Positions 13,408 through 26,224 of a stretch of 64,000 nt of DNA are shown here, in pieces. Position 1 is the first letter of the stretch. Each line of letters begins with the position of its first letter. Below the pieces are notes generated by a model. It worked only from the letters and a program-made list of their open reading frames with translations, made no database searches and had not been told where the DNA came from. The position numbers and the translations under genes are program-made. The DNA comes from Octopus vulgaris (Eukaryota), in contig OX597816.1 in assembly GCA_951406725.2 (NCBI GenBank), forward strand, positions 39,556,001 through 39,620,000, written 5' to 3'.

Positions 13408-13551
13408 TTGGCTGTGTGGTAAGTAGCTTGTTTACCAACCACATGGTTCTGGGTTCAGTCCACTGCGTGGCACCTTGGGCAAGTGTCTTCTACTATAGTC
13501 TCGGCCGACTTGTGAGTAGATTTGGTAGACGGAAACTGAAAGAAGCCCGTC

Positions 13552-13608
<57 letters not shown>

Positions 13609-13819
13609 TGTGTGTGTTTGTGCGTCTGTGTTTGTCCCCTAGCATTGCTTGACAACCGATGCTGGTGTGTTTATGTCTCCGTTACTTAGCGGTTCGGCAA
13701 AAGAGACCGATAGAATAAGTACTGGGCTTACAAAAGAATAAGTCCCGGGGTCGAGTTGCTCGATTAAAGGCGGTGCTCCAGCATGGCCGCAGTCAAATGA
13801 CAGAAACAAGTAAAAAAAG

Positions 13820-13822
<3 letters not shown>
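13408..13822 (+). mobile_element. SINE family A
   Basis: Matches 676-1090. Confidence 0.9.
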
Positions 13823-13861
<39 letters not shown>

Positions 13862-15404
13862 CTTTTTTTACTTGTTTCTGTCATTATCTAATGTTTCTGT
13901 CATTATATATATATATATATATATATATATCACTAGGTTTTGCGGTAAAATCACTAGGTTTTGTGGTAAGATGCAATAAGTTTTTCTCGGTAACTCTCAG
14001 TAATCAATAAAGATCATCATTTAGTGATGATATTATTGTTTAACCCTAGTCCAACCGAAATCGAATAGACTTATGAATAAAGACACTTAGATAATTGGGA
14101 CATGTTCCAAAGTGTTCTTTATTTAAGACACTAAAATGTGATTTGAGCGCTATTTGGTTTCTATTTTTATAAGGTCGAGCATTGACTGTGTCGTTTGTCT
14201 TGTCTGTGGTTTATTTTAGGAGTATGCAGTACTACTTTACTTCATATGTGTACATATGTGTATGTATATAAATACATACTTATACATACCGAATTTATGA
14301 CCGTAATTTCTCTCTTCACACCGTAACAAGCGTTGTACAGCTTTGTTTATTTCATTGCTGAATTAGACAATCAAGGTATTCGATTAGACCTTTAAATTAC
14401 ATTCTGGTAACTTGATCACTAGCACTCTCGCTCTTCCTCACTGCTTGACAAAAGAAATTTGTCCAAAACGTTAGATTCTTTACGTTTCACCGCAATTGAA
14501 CTGATCGAACGTTTATGGAATCCTCAGTTGATTAACTGATATTGACGTGAGTCAACAATTTCTTTAGAATTTGGATTAAATTACAATTTTTTTTTACCAA
14601 CAATCATATAAATTAAATTTTGAATATTTTAATAAAATGAAATACTACTTGCTAATTAAAGTTCCGTTTTATAGAAACTTGGTGACAGCTAAATTTTCCA
14701 GATAGGAATGAGTTATGTTCTAAACAGTAAAGTGACGTAATTTTCTCAGCTGCACAATTATTCTTGCATTGTAGTTTTATATAAAAATCTACTGTCGAGG
14801 GCAAAATCTTACGTGGTACTACGGTTCTCGCATAAGAACTCAGCAGCTTTAGGTTGATACTATTTAGTATATGTCAACAAGAAAAGGTAACATATATTTT
14901 GCATTTTTACTTGAAATTTTCGGTACCTCCATAGTTGTTCTGAAACCACTACCAAACTTAAGTATTCATAACACGAGATTGGATTTTATTCTGAGCATCA
15001 TAAAATTCTTTTAAGTAAAGCTGAGTGAAATTATTTTTTTTTATAGATCGATTTTAAAATGAATCTAAACTAAAGAAACTCAGGTGCAAAATCACCGAAA
15101 GTAAACATAGTGAAGCAATGATTTGAAACCTAACCGCTAGATAATCGGTAGACGCTACGAGCGAACAACAATAGTTTCATATGATCGGTCGATTAATCGC
15201 CCAGTCAGCGTGAGGCTGTTGAGTGATATGGTTTTCTCAAAGTTCTAGAATTTGGCTTCTGGTACCCTACAAAACCCGTTTGGTGCACGACTTGAAGTAC
15301 AGACGACTAAGGACCTTCAGTTGTCATGGAGATTTGTGCAGTTGACTTCGTATATTTTTGGACTGACCGCAGGTTGTCACACAGATAGCTTTCTATATTT
15401 TCAG

Positions 15405-15472
<68 letters not shown>

Positions 15473-15494
15473 GTCAGCAATTGTTAATGTTTTT

Positions 15495-15917
15495 GGATCT
15501 TTTCGGTTTGAACGGCAGTTTTTTCTAGCGGTGTCATATGAAATTGTCATCGATAATTATGACCCTAGTATCGATCTATTACATTTCAATCTGTTTTAGG
15601 GTTAGGGTTAGGGGTGGGGGGAAGGGTATCTTTTTTTCTTCACAAATGTAAATAAATCCAATCTGTTTCTTAAACGAGGGACATATTCATACGGCACAGA
15701 ATGTTTTTTTTTTTTACCTCAATAGACGTATTTGATTGGTTGAAATTGCAGAAATTGCAGAAAAAGAACAACAAATATCTTACAAACTATAGAATTTTCT
15801 CAATAAAGCCAAGAGAAAAATATGTTTTATAAACACATTGTACCAATATACGAAGTTTAAAATTTTTTAGTTACCTAGAAATTATGTTAAAAACTGCCGT
15901 TCAAACCGAAAAGATCC
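15495..15917. mobile_element. Merlin-like MITE with internal (TTAGGG)n
   Basis: TIR GGATCTTTTCGGTTTGAACGGCAGTTTT. Perfect 8-bp TSD ATGTTTTT (15487-15494 / 15918-15925). GG termini and an 8-bp TSD fit Merlin. Confidence 0.75.
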
Positions 15918-16754
15918 ATGTTTTTCATCATAATTAACCAACACCAAATATCAGCAGTGAATATTTCAGTTAAATGTTCGTGAGTTGCTTTATTTATTAT
16001 TCATGCAGCCAACAAAAGGTATCTTCATTTACCAGCTCCCCATAGCTCCAACCAAGCTACCTCTCGACAATAACATGTAGCTTTACGAATAAATCCTTTT
16101 AGTGGATATGCTCACAGAAATTTCTATAAGTTTACTTGTAAATTGGTTGTATATAGAGGAAGTTTCACCCGGAAAGAGCATGTTCATTAACGTAGCATTA
16201 ATTACGAACCGGTTCTGCTATCTTTGAACATTTTGCTTCCGCTGGTGGCACCAAATGGTTAATTGAAGCAGAGATCTTATGAGGAAATATCAAATACCTA
16301 ATTTGTTTTCCTAACACAATAATTATCACCAAAAGACGATGAAGGGAATTGAAGTAGCTCTAAAAGATTCAGTTTATAAAACTTCCTTCGTGCCAGACAA
16401 ACTTCCTGTTTCAATTTAAAACCTATTTAGTGCACTGTAAAAACATATGTACGGCAGTGTTTTCGTAAACACCTACACACATCAATATATGTGTGTGAGA
16501 TCATTAACCCTTAGACCTTCACTGGTTTCAGTAATTCGATTATGATCGCGCTCCTCTTCGGTGGAGGCAATTGCATCGACCCTAATACTAATGGTATCGA
16601 CCGCCATATATTTTCTGACCAACAGTAGAATGCAAGCAAAGCGGATGCGGGCAGAATTTGAACTCAGAACTCAAAAAGAGCATCACCCAAAACAATACCG
16701 AATTTTGCCCTCTGCCATCAGTCATCATAATATTTGTGCGTGCGCGCTCTCATG

Positions 16755-16796
<42 letters not shown>

Positions 16797-16823
16797 CATA
16801 ATCATAATAATAATAATAATAAT

Positions 16824-17265
16824 ATTCTGCTCAATACCACAGATTTGCTTGTCAGTTGTTTGACCTTAACCAGTTGAGCATGTCCCTTTGTGGCTGACGA
16901 TATGTGCATCTCTGATCACGAGCAGAAGTAGTGGGGGAGCATCATAGCCATGTGTTGAGAGGGATTCTTTGGGGTTTGAATAATTCACCTCTGGAAACAT
17001 GGGCGGTTCTTTCAACATCCTTAAACAACCCTTATTCAGGGACCTTTTGAGCGGGATGGGCTACTCAACCTGAAGAAAATTCTAACTGGGCCCCAACTGC
17101 AAGGTCATGTGCTGTTTATCTTGATATGAGATCACCATGTCGCGCACATATGGTTGTGATGCATGTGCCTGGTGTACCTTTATCAGACGGGTAGTCATGA
17201 TGGGTATATTGGGCTTCGTATATTTTACCCCAGTGTCACTTTGATGGCATGCACTGCTCTCTCAC

Positions 17266-17267
<2 letters not shown>
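16824..17267. mobile_element. Non-coding insert of about 440 bp between (TAA)n tracts, unclassified
   Basis: Complex sequence bounded on both sides by (TAA)n. No TIR or ORF seen. Confidence 0.45.
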
Positions 17268-17308
<41 letters not shown>

Positions 17309-17351
17309 TAATAATGATAATGACCTGATGCAGTACCAGGCAGTGGCTCTC

Positions 17352-17425
<74 letters not shown>

Positions 17426-17445
17426 TGATGATGATAATAATAATG

Positions 17446-17890
17446 AGGTGAGTTGGCAGAAACGTGAGCACGCCGGGCGAAATGCCTAGCGCTACGTTCT
17501 GAGTTTAAATTCCGCCGAGGTCGACTTTGCCTTTCATCCTTTCGGGGTCGATAAATTAAGTACCAGTTACGCTCTGGGGTCGATATAATCGACTTAATCC
17601 GTTTGTCTGTCCTTGTTTGTCCTCTCTGTGTTTAGCCCCTTGTGGGTAGTAAAGAATAGGTATTTCGTAGTTCAAATTCCACCGAGGTCGACTTTGCCTT
17701 CCATCCTTTCGGGGGTTGATAAATTAAGTACCAGTTGCGTACTGGGGTGGATCTAATCGACTGTCTCCCTCTCCAAAATTTCGGGCCTTGTTCCCTGACT
17801 AGAAAAGAATAATAATAATCCTTTTTACTATAGACACAAGGCTAGAAATTTGGGAAGGGGACAGTCGATTACATCGAGCCCCTCAGTACT
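17446..17890. mobile_element. SINE family B cluster (head plus two tandem bodies, then an inverted fragment)
   Basis: tRNA-like head, B-box GAGTT(C/T)AAATTCC, body repeated via the AAAGAATAGGTATTTCG junction. Confidence 0.85.
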
Positions 17891-18246
17891 CAGAAATGTA
17901 ACCGCACGTGGGCTGTTGGTGATTTTCCCACCTTCTTCCTTCTTTCCCTTTTGACTTTCCTGCTTTTCCTGTTTTCACGAAGAGCTATGCGCTAAACGTA
18001 AAATAACAACTCTCTTCTTTCTCCGAGCGTCGTATCGATACATTGCTTGTGCAAAGTCCTTATGCTTGTTTGTGTTTTACTTTTTTTCTCTGTTTATTTT
18101 TCTTTGAATTGACTATTTACTGCACGCTCACACGTACACCCTCGTCCTTCCGACTGTTTTGGTGTACCTGATTCATGGATCTTTCTTTACCATTAGGTTA
18201 CATCACCTTATTCATTCGTAGTACGCTATTTCCGCACCTGTGATTG

Positions 18247-18311
<65 letters not shown>

Positions 18312-18523
18312 CAATAATAATTCTCTAAATGAGATATAGACAGTGACTGCTCCATAATATAAGGGATATTAGCCAACTGAATATGGCTAGGGACAGGGCA
18401 GGGTGGTGGGGTGTCACTGTTGCATTTAGCCCCAGGCGAACATCAACGTCACCAGATAGGCCGACGCCATCACGGCGTCCTCTATCTTGCAAAGGGAGAT
18501 CATTCACCAAGAAGCGGATACAA

Positions 18524-18569
18524 CACACGGACCTAGGTTTCAAGGTGTATTGCCTATTATCAACGTGTG
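18524..18569 (-). ncRNA. Type I HHR, U3-A8 core variant (left arm)
   Basis: Reverse complement of the 18905-18950 motif. Confidence 0.75.
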
Positions 18570-18901
18570 GTAGGCATCGCTTCTCGACGAACGACCAACC
18601 GTGCAAGATATATATAAAGATTTTCAAGTAAATACATTTACTGATTTCGAAAATCTGTTCGACAGCAAATTTTAAATGAGATATAGACTGACGCTCCAAT
18701 TCTCTAAATGAGATATAGACAGTGACTGCTCCATAATATACAGTTGGCTAATATCCCTTATATTATGGAGCAGTCACTGTCTATATCTCATTTAGAGAAT
18801 TATTATTGCTGTCGAACAGATTTTCGAAATCAGTAAATGTATTTACTTGAAAATCTTTATATATATCTTGCACGGTTGGTCGTTCGTCGAGAAGCGATGC
18901 C

Positions 18902-18955
18902 TACCACACGTTGATAATAGGCAATACACCTTGAAACCTAGGTCCGTGTGTGGTA
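18902..18955 (+). ncRNA. Type I HHR, U3-A8 core variant (right arm)
   Basis: Stem I CACACG/CGTGTG. TTGATAA 18911-18917. Stem II AGG/CCT. GAAAC-CTAG-GTC 18933-18944. Outer helix AGAAGCG/CGCTTCT. Confidence 0.78.
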
Positions 18956-19586
18956 TCCGCTTCTTGGTGAATGATCTCCCTTTGCAAGATAGAGGACGCC
19001 GTGATGGCGTCGGCCTATCTGGTGACGTTGATGTTCGCCTGGGGCTAAATGCAACAGTGACACCCCCACCACCCTGCCCTGTCCCTAGCCATATTCAGTT
19101 GGCTAATATCCCTTATATTATATATATATATAAATTAAATTAGAGATAAAACCACTATTAGGCAAATCAAACAGTGAAAAACATAAACCAAAACATAAAA
19201 ATAAATTAATATAATATACAATTAATTAATATAATTAATATAATATACAAAATATATAAAATATAATATTTAAAATTTAAAAAATATAAAATCAAATTAT
19301 CTAAATTTAAAATTTTTGATTTATATTTATAAATTTTTATATTTTTTAATATTTTTAAAATTTAAAATTTATAAATTTTTAAACTTTATTTTTTTAATAT
19401 TTATATTTATTTATTTATTTTTTTAATATAACTATCAAAATGGTATTAAAAAGTTTAATATAATATAATAAGTAAAACCACTACGTACGTTTCATGGCCA
19501 TAACCCAATTTATATTTATACTGTGAAATTTGATTTAATCCTAAATCTAATTTTTTCCCTGTAAGTTTGGATTTACTTCCTAATAT

Positions 19587-19666
<80 letters not shown>

Positions 19667-19672
<6 letters not shown>

Positions 19673-19920
19673 GTTAAAGAGGACAACAAACGCTAAGGCA
19701 AGACAAACATCCCAAGTCATAAACGTTATTATTGTTGAGATGTTTATCTTGCCTGAGCGTTTGTTGTTCTCTTAAACAATTATATATCCGCTATATCGGA
19801 AATCTACACTGGTTCCATAACTCCCGTCTCGGCTATGAGCTTGGAGCCCCGGAACTCCGTTACAGCACTTACCCACCGTACCTAGTCGTTTAGATCACCT
19901 GTGAACTAAACTCCCATATT
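19667..19920. mobile_element. Imperfect fold-back (about 50-bp arms) plus unique tail between microsatellites
   Basis: Hairpin at 19667-19785 directly after (TA)n. Same layout as 6828-7139. Confidence 0.55.
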
Positions 19921-19973
<53 letters not shown>

Positions 19974-19986
19974 TGTATATATATGT

Positions 19987-20053
<67 letters not shown>

Positions 20054-20080
20054 ATTGTATATATATATATATGTATTGTG

Positions 20081-20160
<80 letters not shown>

Positions 20161-20171
20161 AAAGGATGAGT

Positions 20172-20351
20172 GGCGGCTCCGGCAGAAGGTAATGGCAAAC
20201 GTCTGCTGACTCTTTCGCCACAACTCTTTCCTCCTGCATCTTGCAGCTCACCTCTGACGGACCGGCGTCCCGACCAGTGGGGAACCTATACGCCAAGGAA
20301 ACCTGGAAACCGGCCCTTATGAGCCAGGCGTGGCTCGAGAAGGAACAAACT
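20172..20351 (+). mobile_element. SINE family C, 5'-truncated, tail type iv
   Basis: Body GCTCCGGCAG..CTCTTTCGCCACAACT. Inverted copy at 21629-21872. Confidence 0.75.
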
Positions 20352-20689
20352 ATCAGTCGTGTAAGAAATTTCCCGTTAAGATTTCTTCAGGCAGAGAATC
20401 AAATAATAGGAAAGTTTTTACATGTTGGATAAACACGTACAATTTTGTGGTTCCTATTAGCAAATGAAACACGTGTAATGGTGAATCAGTAATACCAAAA
20501 AAGTAGAGGGAGAGGGATAGTCGATTACATCAGCCCCACTGCTTAACAGGCACTTTTTTTTATCGACCCTGAACTAATGAAAGGCAAAATCGACCTCGGT
20601 GGAATTTGAATGAGAACGTAAACCCAGAAGTACCCCTGTAAATGTAAACGTGGGAGAAGTGCCGTTCGCACCCTGTATATATATGTATG

Positions 20690-20741
<52 letters not shown>

Positions 20742-20750
20742 TATGTGTGT

Positions 20751-20787
<37 letters not shown>

Positions 20788-21628
20788 TATGTGTGTTGAG
20801 TGTATGCTTGCATTTTTATGCATATATACATGCTTTCGTTACACGAAAATGTCACTGATACTCACCACTTATATACTGTTTATTACAGTTTGGCACTTGG
20901 ATGATATCTCATATTCATTTCCCGATGAATTCTATTTATTAAACGCAAATAATTAATTTTAAAAAAGCCGTATCAATGCATTTTAAAAATCACTTTCTTT
21001 ATTCAATATTTCGGTCAACATCCTTTATCCATGAAGTCAAGGAATTAAACAAATTGAATTTAAAAAATAAACAAATCAAGAAGAAAAAAAATGAAATCGC
21101 TCGAAGCGCGAATGAAAAATGCCTGATACATATTCATCAGTTAATGCCTGTGCAGTGCAGATTCAATGAAGTTGGTGTCAGACATGATTTCAGTGTGCGT
21201 AATGTTTATGAAAAGATTCGGAGATACTGGATCTTAAAAACCTTCAGGGTTTTCATATGCCTGCTATGTGGGTTTCATACCGTGCATCCATGCAAGAAAA
21301 TGAAAACACAGTCTGCTTGATAAATAAGGACCTTTGTACAGAAGCTGAGAGTGGTTGTTTAGAAACAGTATAACCACAGTTAAGTTCTATGGAATTCTGC
21401 TTCGGTTATATGAGACTCGACGAAAGACTTGCGGAGTAACTGAAGTTTGTTCCTTAGGATAAGCAAATGTGGCAGAGTTATGTATCCGTTTGTTTGGAAA
21501 AACGCACGAGTAGAAAGATATACAGTTAGATAGATATACAAAAACATATTTATCCAACACGTAAAAACTTTCCTATTATTTGATTCTCTGCCTGAAGAAA
21601 TCTTAACAGGAAATTTCTTACACGACTG

Positions 21629-21872
21629 ATAGTTTGTTCCTTCTCGAGCCACGCCTGGCTCATAAGGGCCGGTTTCCAGGTTTCCTTGGCGTATAGGTTC
21701 CCCACCTGGTCGGGACGCCGGTCCGTCAGAGGTGAGCTGCAAGATGCAGGAGGAAAGAGTGAGAGAAAGTTGTGGCAAAAGAGTCAGCAGAAGTTTGCCA
21801 TTACCTTCTGCCGGAGCCGCGTGGAGCTTAGGTGTTTTCGCTCATAAACACACATCACCCGGTCTGAGATTC
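21629..21872 (-). mobile_element. SINE family C, tail type iv
   Basis: Reverse complement of 20172-20351, extending further toward the head. Confidence 0.8.
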
Positions 21873-21949
21873 GTACATTCGTGTATATATGTATATTTGT
21901 TTATGTGTATGTGTGTGTATGTGTGCGTGCAGACATTCATACCCTTAAT

Positions 21950-22131
21950 GTAGTTCCCAGAGAGATTCAGCGTGACAAGCTTGGGTTTTTGAAATACACA
22001 TACACTACTCATTTTTGCCAGCTGAATGGACTGGAGCAGCACGAAATAAAGTGGACACAACGCGCCGCTGGTAATTGAACTGACGACCTTACGATCTTGA
22101 GCCGAATACCCTAACCACTAAGCCACGTGCA
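21950..22131 (-). mobile_element. SINE family D (CORE-like), alternative tail
   Basis: Head GTGGCTTAGTGGTTAGGG and core GCTCCAGTCCATTCAGCTGGCAAAAATGAGTA on the minus strand. Confidence 0.7.
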
Positions 22132-22309
22132 TTCGGAATCCTGTATAAAACGAATTTATTTTAAACGATCATGGAAAGAATTAAAAATAAAAGAATGAAG
22201 ACGCATTTACTCCTGGTGCAATTTGAAATGATAATGTAGGGGATTTGGTGATTTCTCTATTTCTGCTGTTTCAATATATTTGCATAATTTAAATGTAGAT
22301 CTCTAATAC

Positions 22310-23066
22310 TGATTTCAAATTTTGGCACAAGGCCATCAATTTCCGAGGAAGGGCTAAGTCAATCACGTCAACCTAGTGCTCAACTGGTACTTATTTTATC
22401 GATCCGTCGGCGAAATTTGAACTCAGGACGTAAAGACGGGCCAAATGCTGCTAAGTGTTTCACCCGGCGTGCTAGCGATTTTACCAGCTCACTGTCTTGT
22501 AGATCTTTAATATTGCTTTCAAATTTTGGCGCAAGGCCAGGAATTTTGGGGGAGGGTGCTAGTCGGTTATATCGACTCCAGTGTTCAACTGGTACTTAAT
22601 TTATCGAACCCTGAATAGATGAAAGGCGATGGAATTTGAACCCAGAACATGTAGACAGACGAAATACTGCTAAACATTTTGCCCGGCGTGCTAACGATAA
22701 CCAACTCGCCGCATTTTTTTCTACTCTAAGCACAAGGCCCGAAATTTTTGGGGGAGTGGGGGGGGAAGTTGATTAGATCGATCCCCAGTACGCAACTGGT
22801 ACTTAATTTATCGACTCCGAAAGGATGAAAGGCAAAGTCGACCTCGGCGGAATTTGAACTCAGAACGTAAAGACACATAATACCGCGAAATGCTTGGTGG
22901 TATTTCGTCTGTCTTTACGTTCTGAATTCCAATTCCGTCGAGGTAGACTTTGCCTTTCATCCTTTCGGAGTCGATAAATTAAGTACCAGTTGCGTACTGG
23001 GGGTCGATCTAATCGACTGCCCCCCACTCCCCCAAACATTTCGGGCCTTGTGCCTAGAGTAGAAAA
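22310..23066. mobile_element. SINE family B cluster, including a head-to-head inverted pair (22718-23066)
   Basis: Four B bodies. The last two form inverted arms of about 165 bp. Confidence 0.85.
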
Positions 23067-23975
23067 GTAGATCTCATAATGACACATGATTATGAATAAT
23101 GTGTGGCTTAGTGTTTAGGGGTGTCACACTCATCATCACAAAATTGTGGTTTCGATTCCTGGACCGAGCGATGCGTTGTGTTCCTGAGTAAAGCACTTCA
23201 TTTCTCGTTGCTCCAGTTCATACAGCTGGTAAAAATGAGCCCATAGCTCAAGAAGAACCTCTGTTCCTTATTTTTTCAAAAAATAAAAGATGTACAGAGA
23301 GATATTGCCAATTTCATCAACTTTGTTACATATCTGTTACTTCTTTTCTCTTTCGAAAGATGAAGCTCGACTCCTGCAATAATTAAACTTAAACGATTCC
23401 GATGCAGCTAAATGCTTTATTACAATTCACTGAGACCAGCGCTGAACCAGTTTTGCCATTTCACTATTTGGTGTACTTTAACTTCAAGGTACTGAGACCA
23501 CAACTGTACAGACGTAACATGACCAAATGACTAAATAGCTTCTCAACCACGAGGTCCCAGTTTCGATCTTACTGTGTGGTTTCTTGGATATCTATTGCTA
23601 AAATCTAAGCCTTTTTGTGGGAAAATCAGGTGAATGGAAACCTGTCGGATGAACTGTACATGTAATTTTAAGTTAAAACTTTGTAGCGCAGCGTGTCACA
23701 GTGTTTCTGTTTGAAGATTACTCTGGAACACCGAATTGACTTATAAGTGGCTGACAGTTCTATCTGTCGGCGGAATACTCAGGCACTTATACGCTAATCA
23801 TTCAGTGATCGAACAGCTGAATATTCATCGTCGAAACAGACTGGGATCCGTTTGCAAATGTTTTCATTCTACTGCTAAACATATTTTAACTACAAAGCAC
23901 TAGTCCAACATTGTACTGTTTTCGCCATTCTGCTTGCTTTAACTATTGACTTATAATGTTGGTACAAAAGCTTTG

Positions 23976-24367
23976 GTGGAGGCGCAATGGCCCAGTGGTT
24001 AGGGCAGCGGACTCGCGGTCGGAGGATCGCGGTTTCGATTCCCAGACCGGGCGTTGTGAGTGTTTATTGAGCGAAAACACCTAAAAAAGCTCCACGAGGC
24101 TCCGGCAGGGGATGGTGGTGATCCCTGCTGTTCTCTCTCACCACAACTTTCTCTCACTCTTACTTCCTGTTTCTGTTGTACCTGTATTTCAAGGGGCCGG
24201 CCTTGTCATTCTCTGTGTCACGCTGAATATCCCCGAGAACTACGTTAAGGGTACACGTGTCTGTGGAGTGCTCAGCCACTTACACGTTAATTTCACGAGC
24301 AGGCTGCTCCGTTGATTCGGATCAACCGGAACCCTCATCGTCGTAACCGACGGAGTGCTTCCATTCC
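23976..24367 (+). mobile_element. SINE family C, full length, tail type i, with a 105-bp flanking direct repeat
   Basis: tRNA head TGGCCCAGTGGTTAGGG...GGTTTCGATTCC. Identical flanks at 23871-23975 and 24368-24472. Confidence 0.9.
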
Positions 24368-24924
24368 ACTGCTAAACATATTTTAACTACAAAGCACTAG
24401 TCCAACATTGTACTGTTTTCGCCATTCTGCTTGCTTTAACTATTGACTTATAATGTTGGTACAAAAGCTTTGACTAGCGCAGTCGATTAGAAGTACAGTT
24501 GATTGAATCAATCTCAGTATATTACTGAAACTTCTACAAAGGGAAGTCAACCTCTAACAAAATTTAAGCTCTTAAGGTAAATGGCTGTTATTAAATATTG
24601 CAGAATATTTTATCCGGCACTCCACTGATTCTGCTTTTCCATTTCTCATCATAGATATTGGTTTCAAATTTTGGTACATGAACAGCAATTTTGGGATAGG
24701 TGTACGTCGATTATATCGACCCCCAGTGCTCAACTGGTACCCTTTTTATCAACCCCAAAAGGGATGAAAGACAAAATCGACCTCGATGGCATTTGAGCTC
24801 AGAATGTGAAGACGGACGAAATGTCGCTAAGCATTTTGCCTGGCGTGCTAGCGATTCCACTAGCTCGTCGCCTTGTTCATCATCATAGATATTGATTTCA
24901 CATGGTTAGAATTTTATTTTTCCT

Positions 24925-25310
24925 TTTGTCTTTTACTGATTCCGTCATTAAACTGAAGCCATGCTGGGGCGCTACCTTGAAGAATTTTGGTCGTAACGAG
25001 TCGATCCCAGTACTTCTTTTTTGTAAGACTATTACTTATTCTACCTGTTTGCTTTGCTGAACCGCTAAGTTACGGGGACGTAAACGCACCAGCACCGGTT
25101 GTCAGGCTGTGGTGGAAGACAAACACAGACTCAAAGACACACACACACACACGCGCGGCGGGCTTCTTTCAGTTTTCGACTACTAAGTCCATTCACAAAT
25201 CTTTGGTCGGCTCGAGGCTATAATAGAAGACACCTGCCCACGATGTTACGCAGCGGGACAGGACCCAGAGCCATGTGGTTGTGAAGCAAACTTCTTATCA
25301 CACATCCACC
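24925..25310 (-). mobile_element. SINE family A, diverged
   Basis: Similar to the reverse complement of 676-1090. Confidence 0.8.
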
Positions 25311-25326
25311 TATTATATTTCTTTTT

Positions 25327-25867
25327 TTCGCCCTTTTCAAGCCTAGCCAGGCTCATGGGCCCGGTTTCCTGGTTTCTGTGGCGCATGTGTTCCCCCCCAG
25401 CTGGACGGGACGCCAGTCTATCGTAGCGTTACTCAAGAAACAGGAAGAGAGCGTGAGAGAAAGTTGTGGCGAAAGAGTACAACAGGCCTCGCCCCCTGCC
25501 GGAGCCTCGTGGAGCTTTTAGGTATTTTCGCTCAATAAACACACACAACGCCCGGTCTGGGAATCGAAACCGCGATCCTCCGACCGCGAGTCCGCTGCCC
25601 TAACCACTGGGCCATTGCGCCTCCACAAACGCGCCCTTTTAAAGCCTCATGGACCCGGTTTCCCGGTTTCTATGGCGTATGTGTTCCCCAGCTGGACGGG
25701 ACGCCAGTCCATCGCAGCGTTACTCATTTTTGCCAGCTGAGTGGACTGGAGCAACGTGAAATAAAGTGTTTTGCTCAAGAACACAACGCGTCGCCCAGTC
25801 CAGGAATCGAAACCACAATCTTACGATCATGATACTGACAGCCTAACCACTAAGCCACGCGCCTCCA
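25327..25867 (-). mobile_element. Adjacent SINEs sharing tail ii: family C (25327-25627) and family D (25630-25867)
   Basis: Two tRNA heads on the minus strand. Both tails match GCGATGGACTGGCGTCCCGTCCAGCTGGGG. Confidence 0.85.
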
Positions 25868-26187
25868 CCCACCTATTATATAAGGTTATATAATTGATTT
25901 GATCGCCGACAGTATTTGGCTGTTACTTTACTTCATTGAGTTTGAGAAGATAAGTTGAACTTAACGGAGATTGAGCTCTGACTGAACATAATGAATGTCC
26001 CGTAACGAAAATAATTTTGTGCGATACTCAAACGATTCTTTTGTCGCCCCTAGTGGGTAATAAAGAAATGACTCAAACGATTCTTTCCAGTCTGAATCAT
26101 ACACTCTATTGTTCTCTTACATAGACACAAGGTCTCGTGCTTTTGGTGGAAGAAAGGAACAGTGAATTATATCAAGCCCAGTACATA

Positions 26188-26224
<37 letters not shown>

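Larger units (their letters stand above)
18310..19121. mobile_element. Inverted pair of differently permuted, about 355-nt retrozyme-like monomers in (TA)n
   Basis: Right arm is redundant at 18741-18766 / 19096-19121 (period 355). Left arm is the reverse complement, opened at another point (period about 354). Confidence 0.85.

Noticed and set aside
15595-15615. Interstitial telomere (TTAGGG)n
   Set aside because: Only about three units, internal to a MITE present three times in the window.
19020-19060. HDV-like, pistol or twister ribozyme for the GGGCUAA module
   Set aside because: I could not place the required pseudoknot helices by eye, so it is left as an unclassified motif.
23976-24055. 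tRNA gene-like sequences here and at other SINE heads
   Set aside because: No complete cloverleaf, and each continues into a SINE body.
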